Source of the DNA: an uncultured Bacilli bacterium
Lineage (GTDB): Bacteria; Bacillota_I; Bacilli_A; RFN20; CAG-288
NCBI GenBank assembly: GCA_934725685.1
Contig: CAKVBX010000003.1
Coordinates: forward strand, 4,779 to 68,778
Length of the DNA stretch: 64,000 bases
Direction: 5' to 3'
The notes beneath the pieces are model-generated. The model did no database searches, was not told the origin of the DNA, and saw only the letters and a list, made by a program, of their open reading frames with translations. Each line of letters starts with the position of its first letter. Position 1 is the stretch's first letter. The position numbers and the translations under genes were made by a program. Below are positions 45,182 through 56,085 of this stretch, piece after piece.

Positions 45182-46082
45182 TCAGGCGCAGTTTTGCTTC
45201 CTCCCTGATTTGTCTGACTCGTTCCGCAGAGAGATTGAGTTCCTCTCCTATTTTCTGAAGTGTCCAAGGTTCTGAACCATCCTCCGGGTAGGAATGAATC
45301 AGGATGAAACGCATCGCTTCCGGCAATTCTTCCATGAGTTTATTCAGACGTTCCTGGAGTTCCTTCGATTCGGCATATTCCTGCGGATTCTGTTCCGTAG
45401 TCGGAATCTCTCGGTACAGATTATCACTCTCATCATCGTCTTGGCGTTTCTGATCCATGGATAAGACAACACCAGATTGGGCGATGCCTTTGATATTCTC
45501 GACCTCCTCCGCGCTGGTTCCGTCGTTGAGTTCCGAGGCAATTTCTTCGGCATCCGGTTCTCGTCGCAGCCTGTCGCACAGTCTCCGCTCGGCTTCCCTG
45601 ATGCGGCGGTTTTTGTCAGTGATCTGTTTCGGAATCCGGATCATGCGGTAATTGTTATTGAGGAACGATAGAATCGCCGTCTTGATGTAGGCGCTAGCGA
45701 AGGTGGAAAAGGCAAAGCCTTTGCTGAGGTCAAATTTCTCAACGGCCCTCACCAGCCCCTCGGAACCCTCCTGAATGAAATCGAGGACCAGGCCGTTGTT
45801 GGGCTGATTCTTTTCATTGCGGAATGGTTTGGCAATACGGAATGCCTCTTTGGTGACGAGCTTCAGGTTCCCTTCGACAAGTTTATCCATGATGGCTTGC
45901 TTGTCTTCCTCGCCGGCCGAATGATATTCGCGGAGAAGTTCTTCGTTTTTCTCCTTGGTCAGAGTGGGATAACGGCGTTCATTTTCAAGGAAAATAGCAA
46001 GAGCATCTTTCCCTCTGATAGAAGAGCCGTTTTCATAGTCAAATTCATCGTCTTTGGTCAAATCAAGTTCTTCATCATCCAT
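45165..46082 (-). CDS. Sigma-70 family paralogue (regions 1.2, 2, 3, 4) with an atypical region 2
   Basis: DFIQEGSEGLVRAVEKFDLSKGFAFSTFASAYIKTAILSF, MIRIPKQ, LQKIGEELNLSAERVRQI. I prefer ATG 46082 over TTG 46088. Confidence 0.8.
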   Translation of the reverse strand: MDDEELDLTKDDEFDYENGSSIRGKDALAIFLENERRYPTLTKEKNEELLREYHSAGEEDKQAIMDKLVEGNLKLVTKEAFRIAKPFRNEKNQPNNGLVLDFIQEGSEGLVRAVEKFDLSKGFAFSTFASAYIKTAILSFLNNNYRMIRIPKQITDKNRRIREAERRLCDRLRREPDAEEIASELNDGTSAEEVENIKGIAQSGVVLSMDQKRQDDDESDNLYREIPTTEQNPQEYAESKELQERLNKLMEELPEAMRFILIHSYPEDGSEPWTLQKIGEELNLSAERVRQIREEAKLRLIKALR

Positions 46083-46104
46083 TTGCAATCTCTCTTTCTT
46101 TCAT

Positions 46105-46875
46105 TTATCGAATCGAAAAATATCGTTCAAAGCCAAAGGCATCGATTGTAAGTTCAGAATCGATGCCAAGCAAGGCTTTCTTCATTCCCTGTAGAAAACC
46201 GATTTCCTCCACTTCATGGGGGAGTTCGATATAGGAATAACCATAGCGGTGCATCTCTAACCTCGTATGATGCGGACAGTCCCCGGACAAATAGCAATCG
46301 GCTCCCGAAAGAAAGGCCCTAGGATAATCAGAGCTGTCTCCCCCGGCAACCATGGCAATCTTGCTGATTTTCTCCTTATCTCCTTTGAGGTAGAGAAGAA
46401 ACGGAAGGTGAAGTCTGTCCTTGCAGTAGTCGACAAGTTCTTCCATCGTCACAGGATTCGGAAGAGTAGAGAAACGCATCAGTCCGTCTTCGGAAACCGA
46501 GGTGATGGGTAAACCTAGGACATCGAAAATGGTATCGTTGATACCGCCGACCCCTTTGTCGAAATTCGTATGATAGGAGTAGAGTGCACAGCCGCTGTCT
46601 TTGACTGCCTTCTCCAGCGCAACCTTTTTTGAATCACACTGAAGCACATCTTTTCTCTTTCCGAAAAAGAACGGGTGATGCGAAAGGATGAGGTCCGGGC
46701 GGAACCGTTTCATTTCCTCAAGGCAATCCTCGGTAAAATCAAGGCAAAGGAAAACCTTTTTTACATCCCGCTTGGGATTTCGGACACCACACTGAAATCC
46801 GGGAAAATCCCATGGCTCGGATAGCGAATAGGGGTAAATTCTGTTGATTCTTCGCAATAAGGTTGCTTCTTTCAT
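46105..46875 (-). CDS. Nif3-family dinuclear metal centre protein (YqfO-like)
   Basis: 256 aa. ...ILSHHPFFF..., YSYHTNFD. GGAGG SD. In the position after sigA/trmK, as in B. subtilis. Confidence 0.85.
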   Translation of the reverse strand: MKEATLLRRINRIYPYSLSEPWDFPGFQCGVRNPKRDVKKVFLCLDFTEDCLEEMKRFRPDLILSHHPFFFGKRKDVLQCDSKKVALEKAVKDSGCALYSYHTNFDKGVGGINDTIFDVLGLPITSVSEDGLMRFSTLPNPVTMEELVDYCKDRLHLPFLLYLKGDKEKISKIAMVAGGDSSDYPRAFLSGADCYLSGDCPHHTRLEMHRYGYSYIELPHEVEEIGFLQGMKKALLGIDSELTIDAFGFERYFSIR

Positions 46876-46931
46876 AGTGAGCCTCCTTCCGGATGGAAAC
46901 CATCCAAAAAAACAGAAAAAAGGGGAAAAGA

Positions 46932-48443
46932 TTACTGATCGCGGAAATCCTTCAGAAGCTTGATTCTAGTAGGGTGACGAAGCTTTTTGAGAGCCTTGGC
47001 TTCAATCTGACGGATACGTTCTCTGGTGACATTGAATTCTTTTCCGACCTCTTCGAGTGTGTGACATCTTCCGTCCTCTAAACCATAACGGAGACGGATG
47101 ACACGTGCTTCCTTTTCGGTCAGCTGAGAAAGGACCTCATTGATGCGCTCTGTTTCCATGGAACGATTAGCGAAGTCGTAAGGAGAAAGATTGTCCTTAT
47201 CCTCGATGAAGTCACCGATATGGCTGTCTTCTTCTTCGCCAACCGGTTTCTCAAGAGAGAGTGGGTCAAGGGCAATTTGCTGAATCTCGCGGATACGCGA
47301 AGCCGTCCAGTCTCCGCCAAGTTCTTCCGCAATTTCCTCGGCCGTAGGATCACGATTGTATTTCTGCGTGAGCTTTCTCGTCGCACGGGTGATTTTGTTG
47401 ATGTTTTCGACCATATGGACCGGAATACGGATGGTTCTCGCCTGGTCGGCGAGAGCACGGGTGATGGCCTGACGGATCCACCAAGTCGCATAGGTAGAGA
47501 ATTTGAAACCTTTGGAGTAGTCGAACTTATCGATGGCTCTCATGAGGCCAAGATTACCCTCCTGAATGAGATCGAGGAAGTCCATGCCACGGTTTACGTA
47601 GTGCTTGGCGATGGAAACGACGAGTTTCAGGTTGCACTGGATGAGTTCATCCTTGGCATCCTGGTCGCCTTCACGAACACGCTTGGCGAGTTCAACTTCC
47701 TCTTCCTTGGATTCAAGGACCTGGTAGGCACCAATGGCGTGGAGATACTGACGTACAGGATCGGCGTTCTTGACGTCGATGCCGGCGTAATAGTCTTCTT
47801 CGTCATCGTCATAATCCTCTTCTTCGTTTTCAAAATTGTCTTCACCTTCCAAGACTTCTTCTTCATCGGTCGGATCAAGAATCTCATCATCGAGGTTCTC
47901 GTCATCAGAATGAAGGTTATGGATAAGCAAAAACTCCTGAAGCTCGCTTAAGTCATCATCAGTCAGTTCGAACTTCGAGATATATTTATCGAATTCACTT
48001 TGCTTATAAATGCCGTTGTTCTTTTTTCCAACTTCCAGGAAGTGCTCCTTGATATCATTGAGATCAAGCAGAAGTTTGTCTTCCTTGGCGAGATCTTTCA
48101 CACTCTTCTTTTTCTTTCCAGTGGGCTTTTCTTCCTCGATTGTCTCTTCGATGGGGTTTTCTTCGATGATGTCTTCGCTTTCTTCATCGAGAGTCACGGC
48201 AAGAACTTTCTCCTGGATTTCCTCCAGTTCCGGTGCAGCTTCCTTCTTTGAAGATTTTCTCTTGCTTGCCTTTTTCTGAGGAACGGCTTCTTCCATAGAA
48301 GAATCAGCAGTCTCCATTTCAGAAGCTACATCAGAAGTCTTGGTCGCTTTCTTTGCTCCCGAATTTTTCTTGGTTTCGGTCTTCTTTTTCTTTCCGCTTT
48401 CTTCTTCGGTTACGACTTCGGTTGTTTTCTTTGTCTTTGCCAT
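46932..48443 (-). CDS. sigA: Primary RNA polymerase sigma factor SigA/RpoD
   Basis: 503 aa from ATG 48443 with GAGAGGAG SD. Charged N-terminal region, then [47 protein letters not shown] and [28 protein letters not shown]. The track ORF start at 48617 (TTG) is leader read-through. Confidence 0.95.
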   Translation of the reverse strand: MAKTKKTTEVVTEEESGKKKKTETKKNSGAKKATKTSDVASEMETADSSMEEAVPQKKASKRKSSKKEAAPELEEIQEKVLAVTLDEESEDIIEENPIEETIEEEKPTGKKKKSVKDLAKEDKLLLDLNDIKEHFLEVGKKNNGIYKQSEFDKYISKFELTDDDLSELQEFLLIHNLHSDDENLDDEILDPTDEEEVLEGEDNFENEEEDYDDDEEDYYAGIDVKNADPVRQYLHAIGAYQVLESKEEEVELAKRVREGDQDAKDELIQCNLKLVVSIAKHYVNRGMDFLDLIQEGNLGLMRAIDKFDYSKGFKFSTYATWWIRQAITRALADQARTIRIPVHMVENINKITRATRKLTQKYNRDPTAEEIAEELGGDWTASRIREIQQIALDPLSLEKPVGEEEDSHIGDFIEDKDNLSPYDFANRSMETERINEVLSQLTEKEARVIRLRYGLEDGRCHTLEEVGKEFNVTRERIRQIEAKALKKLRHPTRIKLLKDFRDQ

Positions 48444-48724
48444 GATAAGCTCCTCTCTATATTTTTCTATTCTTCGATGAAACGACGGACTCACTAGGGG
48501 AAGAAACGGGATGCAATCAAGTTCTTCCAATTTTCCTGAGGGAATGATAACCTCCCGAGTGAACTCCACACGATAGGAACACTTGATTCTATTCTGTACA
48601 ATTCCTTTTTGAAACAATCAGAACAGAAATCAGGAAACCCTATTATTAAGTATTGTAAAATTCAGCACATTTTCAAGAAATATCGTCAACTAACCGGAAA
48701 TCAGAAACAGGTTCGAGATTGCTC
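48416..48724 (-). repeat. Direct repeat copy 1: sigA leader, SD, ATG and first codons
   Basis: Aligns with 49622-49929 at an offset of 1206 nt. I count 9 mismatches in the ~280 nt nearest the ATG. Confidence 0.9.
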
Positions 48725-48748
48725 TCCATTCGAAAAAAAGAATTTCTT

Positions 48749-49408
48749 CTATCGTTCATAGAAGGAAAGTGCACTGTGGAGCAAGGATAGCTCCGCTTCC
48801 TTCTTTTCCTGAATTGAAAGGGGAAGTGCAAGAATCCGCTTTTCCTCCTTCTTCAGATAAGAAAGCAGAAGAGGATCCTTATGAAGGAGTGGATAGCTTC
48901 CGTAATGAAGCTCGGCTTCACTCACCGAAGAAACATTCCCGATGTTCTTCATCAGAAGAAGGGGATAATAACGTCGTTCATAGACATACTTTCCTCCGAC
49001 GGAAGAGAAACCGCAATCATGAAGCAGGGAAATCGCTTCCCGAAAGTCACTCTGCGGTTCCAAAAGAACATAGTGCAGTGTTTTCAATTTCATAGGATGG
49101 CGGGAGAGAATATTATGAATGGTATTTCCACCCATTCCGAGAAGAGAAACTAAGGTCACATCACTTGGCATGTTATCGATGCCATCCATGAAAAGACAGA
49201 CAAGGCCGTTCTCTTTTTGTTCTTTTGCGGTATTGGTAACCAATCCGGAATAAGGACCCTTTTTGTTCTCGGAGGCATAAGTCTTCCATCCGGATTTTGC
49301 CAACTCTTTCGCCAGTAGTCCACGGTCAGCCCCGACATCGAGGACAATCTCCCCATTTGGGATGAGAGTAAACGCGTCGGAAAGGCGTTCTGTAAGATTA
49401 TCAATCAT
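48749..49408 (-). CDS. trmK: tRNA (adenine22-N1)-methyltransferase TrmK
   Basis: 219 aa from ATG 49408. MIDNLTERLSDAF...VLDVGADRGLLAKEL...LLGMGGNTI... The ATG overlaps the stop of the upstream mini-ORF (ATGATTGA). Confidence 0.85.
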   Translation of the reverse strand: MIDNLTERLSDAFTLIPNGEIVLDVGADRGLLAKELAKSGWKTYASENKKGPYSGLVTNTAKEQKENGLVCLFMDGIDNMPSDVTLVSLLGMGGNTIHNILSRHPMKLKTLHYVLLEPQSDFREAISLLHDCGFSSVGGKYVYERRYYPLLLMKNIGNVSSVSEAELHYGSYPLLHKDPLLLSYLKKEEKRILALPLSIQEKKEAELSLLHSALSFYER

Positions 49409-49649
49409 GGAAATACTTCCGAACTTCGTCACCCAATTCAAGGCGAAGATTCTCAAGTGCTTCTTCTTCATACTGACGGACACGCTCTTCCGTAACACTG
49501 AATTCTTTTGCAATCTCTATACGCGTGTGTGTTTTTCCATCCTCGAGGCCGTAGCGTAAAGAGATGACACGCGCCTCAGACACCGGGAGTTTCGACAATG
49601 CTTCATCAATCCGTTTTTCTTCTTCGGTTGTTTTCTTTGTCTTTGCCAT
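49401..49649 (-). CDS. 82-aa stand-alone sigma-70 region-4 protein (truncated sigA duplicate)
   Basis: Same SD, ATG and MAKTKKTTE as sigA, joined to [60 protein letters not shown]... This is about 60% identical by eye to SigA region 4.1/4.2. Confidence 0.7.
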   Translation of the reverse strand: MAKTKKTTEEEKRIDEALSKLPVSEARVISLRYGLEDGKTHTRIEIAKEFSVTEERVRQYEEEALENLRLELGDEVRKYFHD

Positions 49650-49929
49650 GATAAGCTCCTCTCTATATTTTTCTCTTCTTCGATGAAACGACGGACTCAC
49701 TAGGGAAAGAAACGGGATGCAATCAAGTTCTTCCAATTTTCCTGAGGGAATGATAACCTCTCGAGTGAACTCCATACGATAGGAACACTTGATTCTATTC
49801 TGTACAATTCCTTTTTGAAACAATCAGAACAGAAATCAGGAAACCCTATTGTTAAGTATTGGAAAATTCAGTACATTTTCAAAAAATATTGTCAGCTTCC
49901 TGAAATAAGAAATAGGTACGAAGTTGCTC
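49622..49929 (-). repeat. Direct repeat copy 2: duplicate of the sigA leader, SD, ATG and first codons
   Basis: See copy 1. Confidence 0.9.
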
Positions 49930-50060
49930 AACATTTCTTCCCAGGAATAGGATTCTTTCTTTTGTTCAAGTCATTCTTTGTCATCATTTTCAGGACCATC
50001 GACGATTGTGAAACAAAGCAGAATCCCTAAAGAAACGGGGATTATATCGGAATAATTAGC

Positions 50061-52133
50061 TCAGAAGGTCCCGCTATTCTTTCTGATTTTTCCCATCAGG
50101 GTGATGATTTCGATTTCCTCTTCGTCGGAAAGAGCACCTGAAATTCTCTTCTTTGCCTGAAGACGGTTCAGATTGTAGTAAAGCGGGTGCAAGGTAAGAT
50201 TCTGTTTATGGGCATTCTCATCGTAACAGTCGGAAGGAAGACGGCGCATTCCTTCCTGGAAGGAAAGAAGGAAATCCCGGTAATCATCCTGAAAATTTGC
50301 CGTTTCTTTCTTTTCCGCTTCTTCGTCAACGAAAAGTCCTAAGGGATCATCTTCCTCTTTCGCCTGCTTTGACGAATCCTTGAGGGCAATGATTTTGCTC
50401 TTCAGGCTCTCATAATCGGCAGGGTGGAATGGTTCCCGTTTTCCAGGATGGGAAAGGTACTCTAATCCGATCAGGTTGACAAGATAATGGAATGGTTCAA
50501 AGGCAAAATCAATCTTTGCACTTTCCAGAAGTTCAAAAGCGGAATAGGCATGCGTAAGCACCATGACGATGGAGCATTCATTGGCTAACAGGGAAGCGTT
50601 GATTCCCTGTCCCATCATCGACTCTTTTGTCATTCGGTTAAGCTGCAGAATGATATCAGGGAGCATAAAATTGTCACTCCAGGTGCAATTGATGACATAA
50701 CTTTGTTCCTGTCGTCTCCGATACGGGCGCCAAGGGCGTTTCCCATCATTATCTTCTATCGGCTGATACCGCGCTTCTTCAGTAGAATATCTTGGTTCCT
50801 GCCCAATTTTCACCGAAACATTTTTCAATACCTTACTCAGGGTTTCTTTGCTGAGAGAACATACTTTGCTCAGCCAATTGAGATCCTGTTCCTGAGAAAC
50901 AGCATCCAAAGAGGCAAAATACAACTGGTGATCGACCAAAAATTTCTGGATTTCTTTGGCATCGGTGAGCATCTTCCTCTCCCCGAGCGTTCTACGAAGG
51001 AAAAAGAGAAAAGGATCATAAAGCCTTTCCAGTTGGGAAAGAAGGAGTTCTCCCCCTTTTTCTTTTCCGTAACTGAGCACTTCATCCGCATCTTTGCCGC
51101 AGGTGAATTTCCGAACAATCCGGAAGGGAATCGCATAGCGGAGCAGTTCCTTTGCGGCACGTTCCTCCCCGATTTGACCTGGTTCATCGCTGTCAAGACA
51201 GAGTCTGACTTCGACACCGAGTGCCTTGATGGCTTTCAGGTGTTCTTCGGTGAGTGCCGTACCCATCGTACCGCAGACGGCAAAACAACCGGCACGGCAG
51301 ACGGCGATGACATCCATGAAGCCTTCGACGATATAAAGATAGCCTTTCCGTCTCGCCTCTTCTTTTGCCTTGGAAAAATGATAGAGAATTTCTGCCTTTT
51401 TGAAAAGCGGAGTCTCAGGATAGTTCACATACTTGCCGACACCATCTGTCTTTTTGAGGATTCGTCCGGAAAAAGCGACCAGATGACCACTGTTGTCCTC
51501 AATCGGAAACATGATGCGGTCCTGATAGCGATCTTCCAATTCCGAGGAAGAAGAGAGGATTCCGGCACGGGATAGCGTACTTACATCATATCCCTGACTG
51601 CGCAGGGCATTCACAAGCATTTTCGGGTCGTTCGGTGCATAACCGATACCGAAATGTTCAATGATTTCCTTTGGAAGTCCGCGTTTCTCGAGATATTCTC
51701 TTCCGTCAGTTCCGTTTTTGCTTGCTAAGGAAAGCTGATAGAACTTCGCGGCGTCGTTCAACGCCTTCAATTCCGTCGAAAACTTCTGCTCGATAAGAGA
51801 AACATACTGGTTCGAGGAAATGCGGTCCGGCAAAGGAATCGAGCAGATGGAGGCGACTTCTTTTAGGGCCTCCATCGGCTTGATGTTCTTATACTTTTTG
51901 ACGAATGCAATCGAACCGCCCTTGCTTCCGCAGGCCCAGCAATGGAACGTATTCCGGTTGGGATCAATCTGCATCGAAGGATTGGTGTCATTGTGAAAAG
52001 GGCAAAGGGAAACATAGATTCTACCCTTTTTCTGAACATTGTTGCTTCCCAAAAAATTGGATACCACTCTTACGATATCCGCCTTTTGGTCAACTTCTCG
52101 GAAGATATTGTTTTCGTCGTTCTGGAATGGCAA
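50061..52133 (-). CDS. dnaG: DNA primase
   Basis: 690 aa. Zinc finger CPFHNDTNPSMQIDPNRNTFHCWACG, TOPRIM domain (YIVEGFMDVIA). Confidence 0.93.
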   Translation of the reverse strand: MPFQNDENNIFREVDQKADIVRVVSNFLGSNNVQKKGRIYVSLCPFHNDTNPSMQIDPNRNTFHCWACGSKGGSIAFVKKYKNIKPMEALKEVASICSIPLPDRISSNQYVSLIEQKFSTELKALNDAAKFYQLSLASKNGTDGREYLEKRGLPKEIIEHFGIGYAPNDPKMLVNALRSQGYDVSTLSRAGILSSSSELEDRYQDRIMFPIEDNSGHLVAFSGRILKKTDGVGKYVNYPETPLFKKAEILYHFSKAKEEARRKGYLYIVEGFMDVIAVCRAGCFAVCGTMGTALTEEHLKAIKALGVEVRLCLDSDEPGQIGEERAAKELLRYAIPFRIVRKFTCGKDADEVLSYGKEKGGELLLSQLERLYDPFLFFLRRTLGERKMLTDAKEIQKFLVDHQLYFASLDAVSQEQDLNWLSKVCSLSKETLSKVLKNVSVKIGQEPRYSTEEARYQPIEDNDGKRPWRPYRRRQEQSYVINCTWSDNFMLPDIILQLNRMTKESMMGQGINASLLANECSIVMVLTHAYSAFELLESAKIDFAFEPFHYLVNLIGLEYLSHPGKREPFHPADYESLKSKIIALKDSSKQAKEEDDPLGLFVDEEAEKKETANFQDDYRDFLLSFQEGMRRLPSDCYDENAHKQNLTLHPLYYNLNRLQAKKRISGALSDEEEIEIITLMGKIRKNSGTF

Positions 52134-52144
52134 GATAGTCTCCT

Positions 52145-53542
<1,398 letters not shown>

Positions 53543-53603
53543 AGTTATATTTTTACCTCTTTTTTGGACAAATAATTATAGCACATATCATAGACCCGGA
53601 AAC

Positions 53604-54350
53604 TCATTCCTGGAGGGAGGAAAGAAAGAGAGAAAGTGTCTTCAGTGGTTTCATATCAAAGCAGGAAGAGAGATGGTCAATCAAGTCCTCTAGGACCTTC
53701 TTGCCTTCCTTTTCAGGCACCTGATGAAGAAATGTTTCTTCGGTCAGGGGAGAAAAGATAAATTTGAGGATGTATAGCTCCAGTTTTCCCTTCTCGGGAA
53801 CATGCTTCTTTTCCTGACAGTCCTTGCAAACAAATCCGCCTGTTTCCAGGGAATAAGTTGTAATTCTGTCTTTTCGTCCGCAGAGAATACAGCCATCGAT
53901 TTTGCTGTCGACCCCCAAGGCCTTAGCATAAGAGGCAAGCACCAACAGAGCTGAGGTTAGCGGGTCATTTCCTTTCGATAAATGCCGGAGAATGAGATAG
54001 ATGTCATGACTCGGGAAGGCATCACCATATCGGAACAGGGCGAAGGTGATTTCCTGTAGGAAAAGAAGAAAGCAGGAGTTTTCGTAACAGGCAGAGAGCA
54101 TGGAATTATCTTCCATCACTTGAAGCGATGCGGCAATTCCGAAATCGTCTTTCCCTTCCCGGTAGGATAACCGGAGTAAGTCCCCGGAGATGAGAAGGGG
54201 TTTAAGATTGCTTTTTGGTTTATAGACACCCCTAGCAAGGACAGAAAAGATGCCTTCTTTCCCGGCAAGGCTTACTATCGCAGAATCTTCTCCGTATCGT
54301 GTACTGGATAAAACAAAGCAAAGGCTGCTTTTTTCAGGGAGCTTCATCAT
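53604..54350 (-). CDS. recO: DNA repair protein RecO
   Basis: 248 aa with an OB-fold N-terminus and CILCGRK...FVCKDC zinc motif. In the era-recO-glyQS position. Confidence 0.85.
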   Translation of the reverse strand: MMKLPEKSSLCFVLSSTRYGEDSAIVSLAGKEGIFSVLARGVYKPKSNLKPLLISGDLLRLSYREGKDDFGIAASLQVMEDNSMLSACYENSCFLLFLQEITFALFRYGDAFPSHDIYLILRHLSKGNDPLTSALLVLASYAKALGVDSKIDGCILCGRKDRITTYSLETGGFVCKDCQEKKHVPEKGKLELYILKFIFSPLTEETFLHQVPEKEGKKVLEDLIDHLSSCFDMKPLKTLSLFLSSLQE

Positions 54351-55219
54351 TCTTCGTAGCCGAATTTCTTCAGATATTTATCTTGGTTTCTCCAATCCGG
54401 AATCGCTTTGACATGCAGTTCGCAATGCGATGGCATACCAAAATAGGAAGAGATGGATTGTTCCGAGAAACGGGCGATTTCGGAAATCATCTTACCACCT
54501 TTTCCGATGACGATGGCTTTCTCGGATTCCTTTTCGACGATGATATCAGCATAAATCTCAAGCATGCCCTCTTCCTCTAAGACATGAGTGAGATCGACAT
54601 AAATCGTATGGGGCACTTCTGCCGAGAGCAGTCTCATACACTTCTCGCGAATGATTTCGGACATGATATACTCCCGGGGTCGGTCGGAAACAATGTCCTC
54701 AGGGAAGATGACATCCCCTTCCTCAAAATGGTTCTTGATGGCGACAAGTAGTTCGGCGATACCGAAGCCGTCCTTAGCGGACATTCGGATGACCTCTGCA
54801 TTCGGTAAGAACTGAAGGTACCGTGCAAGGCGGCTTTCTCCGATATCCATGGAGACAAGATCGACTTTGTTATAGGCAATGATAACCGGAACGTTCTCGT
54901 TCTTCAGTTTTTCGGCAAGTTCGAAATTCGGGACCTCGCTAGCGTCGATGACATAGACGATCACGTCGACGCCGTCTTTTGCGCTCTCGGCATCGCGCAA
55001 AAGGATGCTGCCGAGCTTCCCGTGAGCCTTGAAGACACCGGGAGTGTCGACAAAGACAATCTGGGAATCCTCATCATTGTAAATGGCGTGGACATTGTCT
55101 CTTGTCGTCTGGGGCTTCGAAGAGACAGGAAGCAGCTTGAAGCCGAGGCATTTGTTGATGATGGTGCTCTTTCCGGCGTTGGCTCTTCCGTAGACACAGG
55201 CAAATCCGACTTTTTTCAT
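54347..55219 (-). CDS. era: GTPase Era
   Basis: GRANAGKST (G1), DTPG, NKVD, and a C-terminal KH domain (VIGKGGKMI). Confidence 0.95.
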   Translation of the reverse strand: MKKVGFACVYGRANAGKSTIINKCLGFKLLPVSSKPQTTRDNVHAIYNDEDSQIVFVDTPGVFKAHGKLGSILLRDAESAKDGVDVIVYVIDASEVPNFELAEKLKNENVPVIIAYNKVDLVSMDIGESRLARYLQFLPNAEVIRMSAKDGFGIAELLVAIKNHFEEGDVIFPEDIVSDRPREYIMSEIIREKCMRLLSAEVPHTIYVDLTHVLEEEGMLEIYADIIVEKESEKAIVIGKGGKMISEIARFSEQSISSYFGMPSHCELHVKAIPDWRNQDKYLKKFGYEE

Positions 55220-56085
55220 GCGTTTAGATCCTCCGAAGTGAACATGTAGGGTAAGAGTCCCTTCACGGTCGTGAAGAGATGTTTCGTCTCATCTTTGTTA
55301 TAAATATACACTGGGCAGTTTTCATCCATGAGTTCACTCATAACCTGACGGCAGCTTCCGCAGGGCGTACCGATATTGGAAGAAGAAGTGATGAGGGAAA
55401 GAGAGACGATATCTTCCTTTCGGTAGCCGAGGGCATAGGTATGGAAGAGGGCGCACCGTTCCGCGCAGATGCTGTCTCCGAAGGCGGAATTCTCAATGTT
55501 GAACCCACGATGGAATTTTCCGTCCTTCGTGAGAACGAGGGCACCGACCTGGAAGTGGGAATACGTGCTGACTGCCATCTTTTGTGCTTCGAGAAGCAGC
55601 TTTTTCACCTTTTTCTGATCGGTATAAAAGTCATACGGGAGCGTATTTAGAATGTCGTTTTGAAGGGCAAACATCTCTTCGGCCTCCTGTTCGGAGCGAT
55701 GGTGATCATAACCGAAGGCGTGAAGAAGGCCGTGGATGAAAAGAAATGCGAGCTCCCGTTCCAACGGGTGACGATACTGTTTGGCCTGTTCTTTGGCGAC
55801 ATCGATGGAAAGCATAATGTCTCCAAGATCAAAGACCGGTTCGTCCGCGACGAAATCGGCCTCCCGATAGGCAAAGGTCAGAACATCGGTCGGACGATCG
55901 ATGTTGCGGTATTTCTTATTGTATTCATGCATTTTTTCCAATGTCTGAAGCGAAAGAGAGACTTCGTAGGTTCCTTTCTTGTTCAGTTTACTCAAGGTAT
56001 GATCAAAGACCGTCTGGAAAAGAGAACGGTAGGATTTTTTCGTCTTGACGCAGGAAACGTAATCGAGAATGTGTTCATCGCCCAT
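55216..56085 (-). CDS. Fusion protein: endoribonuclease YbeY (N-terminal) plus cytidine deaminase (C-terminal)
   Basis: One 289-aa ORF. HGLLHAFGYDH (YbeY zinc motif) at about residue 130, then CAERCALF...PCGSCRQV (Cdd zinc motifs). Confidence 0.85.
   Translation of the reverse strand: MGDEHILDYVSCVKTKKSYRSLFQTVFDHTLSKLNKKGTYEVSLSLQTLEKMHEYNKKYRNIDRPTDVLTFAYREADFVADEPVFDLGDIMLSIDVAKEQAKQYRHPLERELAFLFIHGLLHAFGYDHHRSEQEAEEMFALQNDILNTLPYDFYTDQKKVKKLLLEAQKMAVSTYSHFQVGALVLTKDGKFHRGFNIENSAFGDSICAERCALFHTYALGYRKEDIVSLSLITSSSNIGTPCGSCRQVMSELMDENCPVYIYNKDETKHLFTTVKGLLPYMFTSEDLNA

Noticed and set aside
48444-48617. 58-aa N-terminal extension [16 protein letters not shown]... shared by the sigA ORF and the 49401-49823 ORF, which could look like a conserved domain
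   Set aside because: It starts at a TTG with no SD. A strong SD (GAGAGGAG) plus ATG lies at 48443 and 49649. The shared sequence is explained by the duplicated untranslated leader being open in that frame.
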